Shown here one piece after another: positions 30,190-39,100 of a DNA stretch of 64,000 nt (position 1 is its first letter; the number at the start of each line of letters is the position of its first letter). The DNA lies in assembly GCA_963771885.1 (NCBI GenBank), contig CAVYVF010000002.1, positions 320,001 through 384,000 on the forward strand, in the 5' to 3' direction. The translations under genes and the position numbers were made by a program. The DNA comes from Candidatus Bathyarchaeota archaeon (GTDB lineage: Archaea; Thermoproteota; Bathyarchaeia; TCS64). Below the pieces are notes generated by a model. It did no database searches. It worked only from the letters and a program-made list of their open reading frames with translations, and was not told where the DNA came from.

Positions 30190-30883
30190 CTATTTGACCT
30201 GCGTGCCACACATGTTGCAGAACCGCTGCTCCGGCCTGAGCTGGTTCCTGCACTTGGGGCACGTCGTCTGCTGGTGTACCTGGTGGAGTCCTGTACCGCA
30301 GTTGAGGCAGAACCTATCCTGTGGACCGACAGCCTGCCCGCAGTTGTGGCAAAACTTGCCTCTAGGTGCCGCTTGAGATACAGGCGCAGGAGTTGCGTAC
30401 TTTGGCGCCGGCTGCTGATCGCTTGTTGGCGCCCTCTGCTTCGCCGTGTTTTTAAGTCATCTATCCAGTCTTCAAACCCCTTAAGGCCGGAGAGACACCC
30501 TGCCTGTAGACGTAGCCCTTCTCAGCTCCCGGCGTCTGGGAGTCAATCTGTAGGAGCTTCGCTCCGAGTTCACTCTTCTGACCGACGTTCGTAATGTCCT
30601 GTAAGTGTATCTCGAAGCTATCCGGCCTCTGCAGAGCCTCGTCGATCTGCTCCTTTGGGACTTTTGTGACTGTCCTCATCGCCTCACTGCCGATTATGCC
30701 ACCGAGCAGGCTGCCGGCGACCAGACGCTTGGCGAACTCGCCGCCCGACTGAGCGAAGATGACGCGTTCGTTTGTGAGAAGCAATGTCCCGCCTGGTGGG
30801 TTGAACCTGTACTTCTTTTCCCCCTTCTGGTATAGGTTGATGCCGGACTCGGTCCGGAGCAAAGTCTCTTCGGCGTGCGACAT
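30190..30883 (-). CDS. PH/GRAM-like N-domain plus double zinc-ribbon protein; indel(s) near 30440-30480
   Basis: GGTLLLTNERVIF N-domain; manual translation of the tail gives FCHNCG..FCLNCG..CPKC..FCNMCG. Confidence 0.7.
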
Positions 30884-31045
30884 AATCCCGCTTATATAAT
30901 ATGACAGATGTTTCTTTAAATCATTAACCGAGAAACGAAAAACGCCTAAAATTTTCTTCATTATATATAAGAGCACGCTATTTTATGCCCCACCCGAGAC
31001 CGTTAATGTTAAAGACGTTCTAGATGGATCATAGCACGACCCGTC

Positions 31046-31984
31046 ATGAGTATGAAGGATCGCTTCATCGGAAAGGACTTTCTTACCCTAATGGACTACT
31101 CGGCAGTCGAGATCAACTACATGCTCGACGTAGCCCAGCAGCTAAAGTACAAGCGGATGATGAAGGAGCCCCACAACTATCTCGAGGGGCGCACCATCGC
31201 CATGATCTTTGAGAAGAATAGCACCCGCACACGCTTCAGCTTCCAGGCAGGCATCGCCCACCTTGGCATGCAGAGCTTCTACGCGACCCCCGACACTATG
31301 CAGCTGGCGCGTGGCGAGCCCATCAAAGATACGGCGCGCATCCTCGACAGGTACTGCGACGCACTAGTCATCAGGACATACGGTCAGGAGATAGTCGACG
31401 AGTACGCCAAATACATGAAGAACCCTGTCATCAACGCGCTCACCGACCTCGTCCACCCCTGCCAAGGCCTCGCCGACATGCTCACCATACGTGAGCACAA
31501 GGGCAAGATCAAGGGCCTTAAGCTCGCATACGTCGGCGACCCGTGGAACGTCTGCCACAGCCTCATGACATGTAGCAGTCTCCTAGGTATGGACTGCTAC
31601 GTCGCCCTCCCCAAGGGCTGGGCACCCAACCCCAAGATCACCAAGTTCGCCGAGGAGCACGCGAGCATCGGCCACACCCAGATGGTCGTCACAGACGACC
31701 TCGAGGAGGCGCTCAAGGATGCCGACGTCGTCTACGCGAACACATTCCACAGCATGGGGCACAAGGACATCGAGGCAGCGAAGGTCGCCTTCGCCAAGTA
31801 CCAGATCAACGACGAGACCATAAAGTGGGCGAAGCCCGACTCCATCTTCATGCACTGCCTACCCGGCTACCGCGGCGAGGAGATGACCGACTCAGTCATC
31901 GAGGGCTCCCACAGCGTCGTCTTCGACGAAGGCGAGAACAGGATGCACACCGAGAAGGCGGTCCTTGCCCTCTGCGTCGCATAA
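31046..31984 (+). CDS. argF: Ornithine carbamoyltransferase-family enzyme
   Basis: STRT, HPCQ, SMG, HCLP, ENRMH; DxxxSMG Asp replaced by Asn. Confidence 0.8.
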   Translation: MSMKDRFIGKDFLTLMDYSAVEINYMLDVAQQLKYKRMMKEPHNYLEGRTIAMIFEKNSTRTRFSFQAGIAHLGMQSFYATPDTMQLARGEPIKDTARILDRYCDALVIRTYGQEIVDEYAKYMKNPVINALTDLVHPCQGLADMLTIREHKGKIKGLKLAYVGDPWNVCHSLMTCSSLLGMDCYVALPKGWAPNPKITKFAEEHASIGHTQMVVTDDLEEALKDADVVYANTFHSMGHKDIEAAKVAFAKYQINDETIKWAKPDSIFMHCLPGYRGEEMTDSVIEGSHSVVFDEGENRMHTEKAVLALCVA

Positions 31985-32088
31985 GCCACACCTTTTCTCT
32001 TTTCACACATTCTCGGGCGCGTTGATGCGCCCCTACACCTCCACCGCCACCGTTATTAGGGAAATCAGAGATGGATAGGCGATGGAAC

Positions 32089-33432
32089 ATGCCGAAGGCG
32101 AAGGTTCCTAACCTTATCACAGAGATACCCGGACCAAAGAGCAAGGCTCTCCTCGCTGAGAGGAACGAGTTCGTGCCACCGGGCGTCTACCTCACCCAAC
32201 CCGTCGGAATAGCCGAGTCAAAGGGTGCACTGGTAACAGACGTCGACGGGAACACCCTGATCGACTTCACCAGCGGCATAGGCGTAGTCAGCCTTGGCCA
32301 CTGCAAGCAGGAGATCGTCGACACTATCTGCGACCAGGCAGGTAAGCTCATCCACGGCTGCATACACGTCGTCAACTACGAGCCATACGTCAAGCTCGCC
32401 GAGGCGATGGTCAAGGCCACCCCCGGCAAATACAAGAAGAGGGCAATGTTCGTGAACAGCGGCTCCGAGGCGGTCGAGAACGCGGTAAAGCTCATCCGCC
32501 AGGGCACGAAGAGGCCGAACATCCTCAGCTTCGAGAACAGCTTCCACGGCCGCACATACATGGCTATGACGCTCACTGGCAAGTGGGACCCCTACAAAGT
32601 GGGTCTCGGCCCGTTCGTCCCCGGCGTCTACTTCACCCCCTACGCCTACTGCTACAGGTGTCCGTTCCACTGCGAGTACCCCAGCTGCAGCTACGCCTGC
32701 ATCGAGCACATCGAGCACAACATCTTCAAGACTCAGGTCGACCCAAGCACAGTCGGCGCGATAATCGCAGAGCCGGTGCAGGGTGAGGGAGGCTTCATTG
32801 CCCCGCCGCCGGAATACTTCAAGGAGCTGAAGAAGGTCGCAGACGCGCACGGCATCAAGATGATCATCGACGAGGTCCAGACGGGCTTCGGGCGCACCGG
32901 CAAGATGTGGGCTATCGAGCACTACGGCATCGAGCCCGACATCATGACTATGGCAAAGGCGATCGCCTCGGGTCTCCCCCTCAGTTGCGTCGTCGCAAAG
33001 GACGAGCTGATGAAGGATACCTATCCCGGCAGCCTAGGTGGCACATACGGCGGAAACCCCATCGCATGCGCCACGGGCCTCAAGGTGCTCGAGATCATCA
33101 AGAGGGAGAAGATCGTCGAAAAGTCTGCCGCGATGGGCAAGGTCCTCCACAAGAGGCTCGACGAGCTGAAGGACAAGTACGAGATCATCGGCGACGTCCG
33201 CGGCCTCGGCCCGATGCTCGCCATGGAGTTCGTTATGGACAAAAAGTCCAAGACCCCCAACCCCGACGCGAGCAGCAAGGTCATCAAGGGCTGCCTCAGC
33301 AGCGGACTGATGATCCTGAAGGCAGGGCTCTACAACAACTGCGTACGCCTCCACCCGCCGCTCACAATCGAGGAGGACGTGCTCGACGCTGGCATGGACA
33401 TCCTCGAGAAGGCGGTCAAGAAAGCGTCCTAA
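32089..33432 (+). CDS. Class III PLP aminotransferase (GabT-like)
   Basis: DVDGN..IDFTSGI, NSGSEAVENA, FHGRT, EPVQGEGG, DEVQTGFGRTG, AKAIASG, GGTYGGNP. Confidence 0.9.
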   Translation: MPKAKVPNLITEIPGPKSKALLAERNEFVPPGVYLTQPVGIAESKGALVTDVDGNTLIDFTSGIGVVSLGHCKQEIVDTICDQAGKLIHGCIHVVNYEPYVKLAEAMVKATPGKYKKRAMFVNSGSEAVENAVKLIRQGTKRPNILSFENSFHGRTYMAMTLTGKWDPYKVGLGPFVPGVYFTPYAYCYRCPFHCEYPSCSYACIEHIEHNIFKTQVDPSTVGAIIAEPVQGEGGFIAPPPEYFKELKKVADAHGIKMIIDEVQTGFGRTGKMWAIEHYGIEPDIMTMAKAIASGLPLSCVVAKDELMKDTYPGSLGGTYGGNPIACATGLKVLEIIKREKIVEKSAAMGKVLHKRLDELKDKYEIIGDVRGLGPMLAMEFVMDKKSKTPNPDASSKVIKGCLSSGLMILKAGLYNNCVRLHPPLTIEEDVLDAGMDILEKAVKKAS

Positions 33433-33476
33433 ACCTCTCCTCCCTTTTAATATCCCGACTCCGTTTTATTTGAGGC

Positions 33477-34317
33477 GTGAAGCTGGGCTTCCACGTCTCA
33501 ATCGCCGACTCGGTAGACCTGTCATTCGACAGAGCGCGGCAGCTAGGATGCACGGCTTTCCAGCTATTCACGCGGAACCCCCGCACGTGGGCGTCGAGGA
33601 AGATACGACCCGACTGAGATTGAGGCATTTCGCAGAAAACACAAAACCTATGGAATTGGCCCGGTCTTTGCCCACATGCCCTACCTCCCAAACCTCGCAA
33701 GCCCCGACGACACTATCTACCGGAAGTCCGTTGACTCCCTCCTAGAGGAGATCAGAGGTGTCACAGTCTCGGCATTCGATACATCGTTACACACATAGGC
33801 AGTCACGTAGGAATCGGGCGCGGAAGACGGTAAGACGCGAATCATCCAAGCCCTCGCTAGGGCAGTCGACGAGGACGGACCGATGATTCTCCTTGAAAAC
33901 GGCTCAGGTTCGGGGAGCCACCTCGGGTCAAGCCTAGAGGAGATCGCCGAACTCATCGCCGCCATCGGAGGGAACAAGGTCGGCTCCTGTTTCGATACGT
34001 GCCACGCCTACGGGGCAGGTTACGATATCGCCACGCGTGAGGGGCTGACGAAGACCATACATACTATCGAAAAGACCATTGGCTTCGATAGACTCAAACT
34101 CGTTCACCTCAACGACTCCTACGGCAGCCTCGGCTCCGGTGTTGACCACCACGATCACATCGGCATGGGCAAGATCGGCGAGGATGGCTTCCGCAACATC
34201 CTCGCCAGCCAACTCGCTAAGAGACCGATGATAATGGAGACACCCATAGACGAGAGGCGCAGCGATACTGAGAATATGGCGAAGGTCAAAGAACTTGCTG
34301 GACTCAGTATGAGATGA
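33477..34317 (+). CDS. nfo: Endonuclease IV; several indels between about 33610 and 33815
   Basis: KLGFHVSI, FQLFTRNPR.W, HMPYLPNLAS, LLEN, CFDTCH, HLNDS, DHHDHIG, IMETP. Confidence 0.88.
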
Positions 34318-34541
34318 GCTTCATCTGGTAGGCATCAGGTTCACTTCTGCTGAGAATGATGCGCAGGGCTGCTGAGGCGTAGTCGACCAACTCGCGCTCG
34401 GAGAGGTACGGATAGGTTCGACGCCCGACCTTGATTATCGGATCGATGGTCTGGACGTTCCTCCTCTTTACCGCCGCGTCTTCCCTAGTGATCTGGACGA
34501 GGCGCTCGACCACCGCTCGCCTGTTACCAACCTGCTGCCAT
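34304..34541 (-). CDS. Small hypothetical protein; probable indel near the 5' end
   Basis: 69-aa ORF; ATG at 34541 joins after removing one base. Confidence 0.45.
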
Positions 34542-34830
34542 AGCTAACCAGCCTAGCAAATAAGATAATTTCTGAGTATATAAATATAATGGCATTAATC
34601 AGAAATATATTTGGTATCAGTTTCACCCACTTTCACTACGGTTTATTGAGGCGTTTATACGAGCGGTTATTTAAACCGTATTGAGGTAATGGGGCAGTTA
34701 TACCTGTTATATTGTAAACCGTAAAACGAACGGTTCGGTGGCATTCTAGTTACCCGCCATATTTTCATTCAGGCATTTCGTATTAGTGGGATAAGCTTAA
34801 AATTAATCCTCCCTGTGCTTATGTTTGTTC

Positions 34831-34908
34831 GCCCCGGTGGCTTAGCCTGGCCAAAGCGTTTGCTTGGTAAGCAAAAGATCGCGGGTCCAAATCCCGCCCG
34901 GGGCTCCA
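34831..34908 (+). tRNA. tRNA-Thr(GGU), encoded CCA
   Basis: GCCCCGG/CCGGGGC acceptor stem, TTTGC-TT-GGT-AA-GCAAA, GCGGG/CCCGC T-stem. Confidence 0.93.
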
Positions 34909-34958
34909 CCACAATATAAATACCCCCGGGCACCCATCCGTCTCAGTCTTGAGTCCAT

Positions 34959-35642
34959 TTAACGCTTAAAGGCATAATCTTCGACCTAGACGCTACACTC
35001 GTTGACCTCGGTGAGCACGTGAGATGGAGGGAGGCGCAAGACGGCGTCGTCGAGGCGTATCGCGCCTGCGGTTGCAGCGAGAACGACCTCGCCAAGTGTA
35101 CCGCGAAGGGTCTCTTCAACTTCATGCACGAGATGGACTCACATCTCTCCCTCACAAGGAGCAATGATGAAATGCAGACGATACGCGACAGCATCTGGGG
35201 CGTCCTCGACGGATACGAGTCGGAGGGCGTCGAGAAGTGTAGTTTCATGTCCGGAACCTTCGAGACGTTATTCTGGCTCAGGGACAAGGATATTAGGATG
35301 GGTGTCTGCACCTCCAACTCCGGCGAGGTCGCAGTCAAGGTGCTTGAGAAGCTTGGTGTCTCAACCCTCTTCGTCTCAGTCATCGGTAGGACGTCGGGGA
35401 TGCTGATGAAGCCCCACCCTGACCAGGTCCTCGCCTGCTTTAATGAGATGGGCGTTGACCCACGCGACGGCGTGATGATAGGTGACAGCCACAACGACGT
35501 CCTCGCCGGGAAGGCGGCAGGGGCAAAGGCGATCGCTATCCCGGTCTACTTCACCCGCAAGGAGGCTATGGAGGCAGCAAAGCCCGACGCCGTCATAAAT
35601 TCAATGGCTGACCTGCCAGAGGCACTTATGAGCCTCAGATGA
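34959..35642 (+). CDS. HAD-family hydrolase (phosphoglycolate phosphatase-like)
   Basis: KGIIFDLDATLVD upstream of the called GTG, CTSN, KPHP, IGDSHND; start codon unclear. Confidence 0.87.
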   Translation, partial: LTLKGIIFDLDATLVDLGEHVRWREAQDGVVEAYRACGCSENDLAKCTAKGLFNFMHEMDSHLSLTRSNDEMQTIRDSIWGVLDGYESEGVEKCSFMSGTFETLFWLRDKDIRMGVCTSNSGEVAVKVLEKLGVSTLFVSVIGRTSGMLMKPHPDQVLACFNEMGVDPRDGVMIGDSHNDVLAGKAAGAKAIAIPVYFTRKEAMEAAKPDAVINSMADLPEALMSLR

Positions 35643-35668
35643 GGATGCGCGCGCGCATAATTGTCCCA

Positions 35669-36096
35669 ATGGTAAATATAGTGGCTGGGGGATTCATTTG
35701 TGCGATTGCTCTAGCAGCAATTATTTTAGTAGGTTTTCGACTACTGAGACGATAATAAAATATCAATTCTCGCATATGTGCGCGTTTTTAATAAAACCAA
35801 TTTTTCTTCTTTTTCCGTAATTCAAAAGAGCCGAGGGTTACTGTAAAATTCGACTCGGTCACTCATTAGTCCCTGACTATTTGGCTTTCACCGCTATGAT
35901 TGACAATAAAAGTAGCTACCGCATAACTATGAATGGTAAAATCGATTATTACTTGAATAACAACTATATCACTTCATTTTATCTAGAAAATCAGGTTTTA
36001 TACCCTGGAATATCAACTGTTAATATGAATACTCAACTTACGGCTGGTTCAATAATCACGATATTAAAATACTCAAACACAATCCAATTCGTATAA
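35669..36096 (+). pseudogene. AT-rich degraded membrane-anchored ORF (LEA_2/WHy-like by pattern only)
   Basis: Hydrophobic fragment VNIVAGGFICAIALAAIILVG, then KEPRVTVKFDSV and AFTAMIDNKSSYRITMNGKIDYYLN in broken frames; markedly low GC. Confidence 0.35.
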
Positions 36097-36342
36097 TGGT
36101 CATTTAATTTATAGCACAAAACTATTTGGCTTCATTCCTATCGAGATAGTAAAAACGATTGGATAACACACGATTAAACGGAAATAAATATACGAAACTT
36201 AAGCATAGACTCTATTGGGTGTCGGGGCTCCCCATTCTCCCAAGCGTGTGCGTAGCCCCGATGCCCAGCTATTTCATTGAATAATGAACATATTTTTACA
36301 TTAGAAATGGAGCATACTCTTACGGCGAGGGCTGAAGGGTAG

Positions 36343-37967
36343 TTGACTGACGATATTGAGCATAATATTTCGCCCAACATCATCGGGAAAGGCACATGGT
36401 ACGACAAGGCCGCATCTGAGCTCATTGAGCGTGAGAAGAAGCTCGGTAGGAGCCTCAAGCTCATAAGGACCGAGAGCGGCCTCGGCGCCTCCGGCTTTCC
36501 CCACATAGGCAGCCTCGGCGACGCCCTCCGCAACTACGCCGTAGCCCTCGGGTGCAGGGTGCAGGGCTACGACGCCGAGCTCATCGCCTTCAGCGACGAC
36601 AAGGATGGTCTCAGAAAGGTACCCGCCGGGCTCCCCAAGGAGCTTGAGAAATGGCTCGGCTACTCCGTCAGCACAATACCCTGACCCTGCGGGGGACTGC
36701 CACAAGAGCTTCGGCGCACACATGACGAGCCAACTCCTCGCCGCCCTCGACACCTCGGGGGCAGACTACCACTTCATGAGTGGCTTCGAGTGCTACAAGC
36801 AGGGTCTCTTTGACAATGAGATCCTCGCAATCATGAACAACCACGAGAAGGTCGGCAGAATTATTGAGGACGAGATCGGGCAGGAGAAGTACACGGAGGA
36901 ACTCCCATACTTCGTCGTCTGCGAGAAGTGCGGTCGCATCTACACCACACACGCGACAAAGTACCACCCAGGGTCTCACACCATCGAGTACGAGTGCAAC
37001 GGCATGGAGGTCCGGGGCAACTGGCTCGAAGGCTGCGGCCACAAAGGCGAGGTAGATATACTCTCCGGCAACGGTAAACTAAGCTGGAAGGTCGAGTTCG
37101 CTGCCCGATGGACGCGCGCTCGACATACGTTTCGAGGCATACGGTAAGGACATTGCAGACAGTGTCAGGGTCAACGACCGAATATGCCGCGAGATACTTG
37201 GCTGGGAGCCACCCATGCACGTCCAGTACGAGATGTTCACGGACCGCGGCGGCAAAAAGATCAGCAAGAGCGCTGGTAATGTCTTCACACCTCAGGTCTG
37301 GTACCGTTATGGCTCACCCCAGTCCCTCAACCTACTCATCTTCAAACGGTTCGTCGGTACCAAGAGCGGTAGTGTCCTCGACATACCCCAACACATGGAC
37401 GAGCTAGATGACGTAGAGGACGCCTACTTCGGCAAGGCGAAGATCACCGACGAGATGGAGAAGGCGCAGGCATCCGGCCTCTACGAGTACTGCTGGATGC
37501 TGAAACCGCCGAATGAGATCGAGGTGCATGTTCCTTACAATCTCGTGTTGAAGCTCGCGCGCCTCGCTCCCAAGGGGCAAGAGCAGGCTTTCATTGAGGG
37601 CAAGCTCAGGGAGTATGGCTACCTAGATAAGACGACGAACGGCCTCGAAAAGAGGATCGGATACGCCCTTAACTGGGTGGAGGACTTCGCGGAGGAGCTA
37701 CCCGAGATCAGCCTCACCGAGCAGGAGGCGACGATAGTCAACGCCGTGCTCATGGAGCTCTGGAAGGCGAACACGCCCGAAGAGTATCAGGGCGTCGCCT
37801 TCAACGCCGCAAAGGCGAACAACTGGAAGCCACGCGATGTATTCCCCGTCGTCTACCGCGTTCTCCTCGGGAAGACACAGGGACCAAGGCTGGGACCATA
37901 CATCTCGCTTATCGGAAAAGAAGGCGTCATCTCCGAGCTGGAGAACGCCGTTAAAAAAAGGGCTTAG
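36343..37967 (+). CDS. lysS: Class I lysyl-tRNA synthetase; +1 indels near 36681 and 37112
   Basis: ASGFPHIG, DDKDGLRKVP, GKLSWKVEFAARW, FEAYGKD, KISKSAGN, GPRLG. Confidence 0.95.
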
Positions 37968-38146
37968 TTGCCCACGGGCTTTCCGGCGTGGGCCCAGTTG
38001 TACTTCTCGATGTCGTAGAAGACGACGCTAACCGCCTCGGGCGGGCACCCCACCGCCTCGCACATCGCCTTCGTGAGTAGCTCCATCGTCTTAGCCTTCG
38101 TGGCTTTGTCCCTACCGGCGTACCATTTGACTTCTATCCACGGCAT
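37964..38146 (-). CDS. 4-oxalocrotonate tautomerase family protein
   Basis: Pro-1 after Met, GR...K, AVSVVFYD...NWAHAG. Confidence 0.88.
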   Translation of the reverse strand: MPWIEVKWYAGRDKATKAKTMELLTKAMCEAVGCPPEAVSVVFYDIEKYNWAHAGKPVGN

Positions 38147-38200
38147 TATGCATTCACCATGGAGTAGTGTGCCTCATTGCTGTTAAGAAGGTTGCGAGGT

Positions 38201-38263
38201 GGCGGGCTCCAAACTCAAGATCCTCATCACGGGTTCAGAAGGGCAAAGTCATCATCGCCCGCC
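38201..38263 (-). ncRNA. Box C/D guide sRNA
   Basis: Minus strand: GGCGGGC-G-ATGATGA(C)-CTTTGCCCTT-CTGA(D')-ACCC-GTGATGA(C')-GGATCTTGAGTT-TGGA(D variant)-GCCCGCC, perfect 7-bp terminal stem. Confidence 0.88.
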
Positions 38264-38339
38264 TACTATCCCGGGGGTGGGTGCGGTGATAAAGGTTACC
38301 GGGAGATGGATTTTTATCCTCTACTCTGAACGTTGAGCC

Positions 38340-38837
38340 ATGGATCGCCCGGATAAGGACAGGTACTTCCTAGACATTGCCCTCAGCGTCGCAGCCCGCT
38401 CCACATGCATTCGCCGAAAGTTCGGCGCCGTCATCGTTAAGGACAGCACAATAGTCGGCACAGGCTACAACGGGACGGCACGAGGCGTCGTCAACTGTTA
38501 CGAGGTCGGCTGCATAAAGGACGAGATGGAGTCACCCCAAGGCGCCGCATACGACTACTGCCCCGCCGTCCACGCAGAAGAGAACGCCATAATCAATAGC
38601 AACCGCGGCGACCGCATCGGATCGACCCTCTACATAGCGGGGCGCGACCGTGACGGCAAGCTAACGATGGCGGTACCCTGCCAGAGGTGCCGCCGCAAGA
38701 TAATGAACAGCCAGATCAGCGAGGTGATCATACTCAGTAACGAGGGAAAGGCGATCCACTACGATGTCTCCACCTACGCAAAGGAGGACAGCGAATGGTA
38801 CATGGACGCCCTCAAGAAGGCGAAGGCGAGCAGTTAG
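38340..38837 (+). CDS. dCMP deaminase (ComEB-like)
   Basis: RSTC.RRKFGAVIV, TGYNG, HAEENA, PCQRC. Confidence 0.88.
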   Translation: MDRPDKDRYFLDIALSVAARSTCIRRKFGAVIVKDSTIVGTGYNGTARGVVNCYEVGCIKDEMESPQGAAYDYCPAVHAEENAIINSNRGDRIGSTLYIAGRDRDGKLTMAVPCQRCRRKIMNSQISEVIILSNEGKAIHYDVSTYAKEDSEWYMDALKKAKASS

Positions 38838-38884
38838 TTAAATTTATAAACCGAGTCAATCAACGCAGAACAGGAGAAACCACA

Positions 38885-39022
38885 ATGAGTCAAGAGAAAA
38901 AAGTCAATGATCTCGAGGTAGAGGTCGCCGGTCTTATCGATAAGATCGACGGCATCGAGGAAAAGCTCGAGGAGATAATGGAGCGCCTCAGCGAGATCGA
39001 AGAGAAGCTGGAGAATCTTTAG
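38885..39022 (+). CDS. Small acidic coiled-coil protein
   Basis: Heptad pattern VNDLEVEVAGLIDKIDGIEEKLEEIMERLSEIEEKL; AGGAG RBS and TTTATAA upstream. Confidence 0.65.
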   Translation: MSQEKKVNDLEVEVAGLIDKIDGIEEKLEEIMERLSEIEEKLENL

Positions 39023-39100
39023 TCCCCACATTTCAACGCCGGGGGATCTTGTTCTAAAAATTTAAAAGACCGTCTCATTGCCCTAAGCCATGAGACTGGG

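Noticed and set aside
36236..36246. CTCCCAAGC in the hairpin loop as a split tRNA-Gly piece
   Set aside because: No acceptor, D or T arm or complementary leader, and a complete tRNA-Gly(CCC) is present
36676..36690. TGA/TAG readthrough (Sec/Pyl) in lysS, also rps3 and ileS
   Set aside because: Homology continues in a different frame, not past the stop codon
38340..38837. Deaminase as the tRNA C-to-U editing enzyme
   Set aside because: Looks like an ordinary dCMP deaminase with no THUMP or RNA-binding domain
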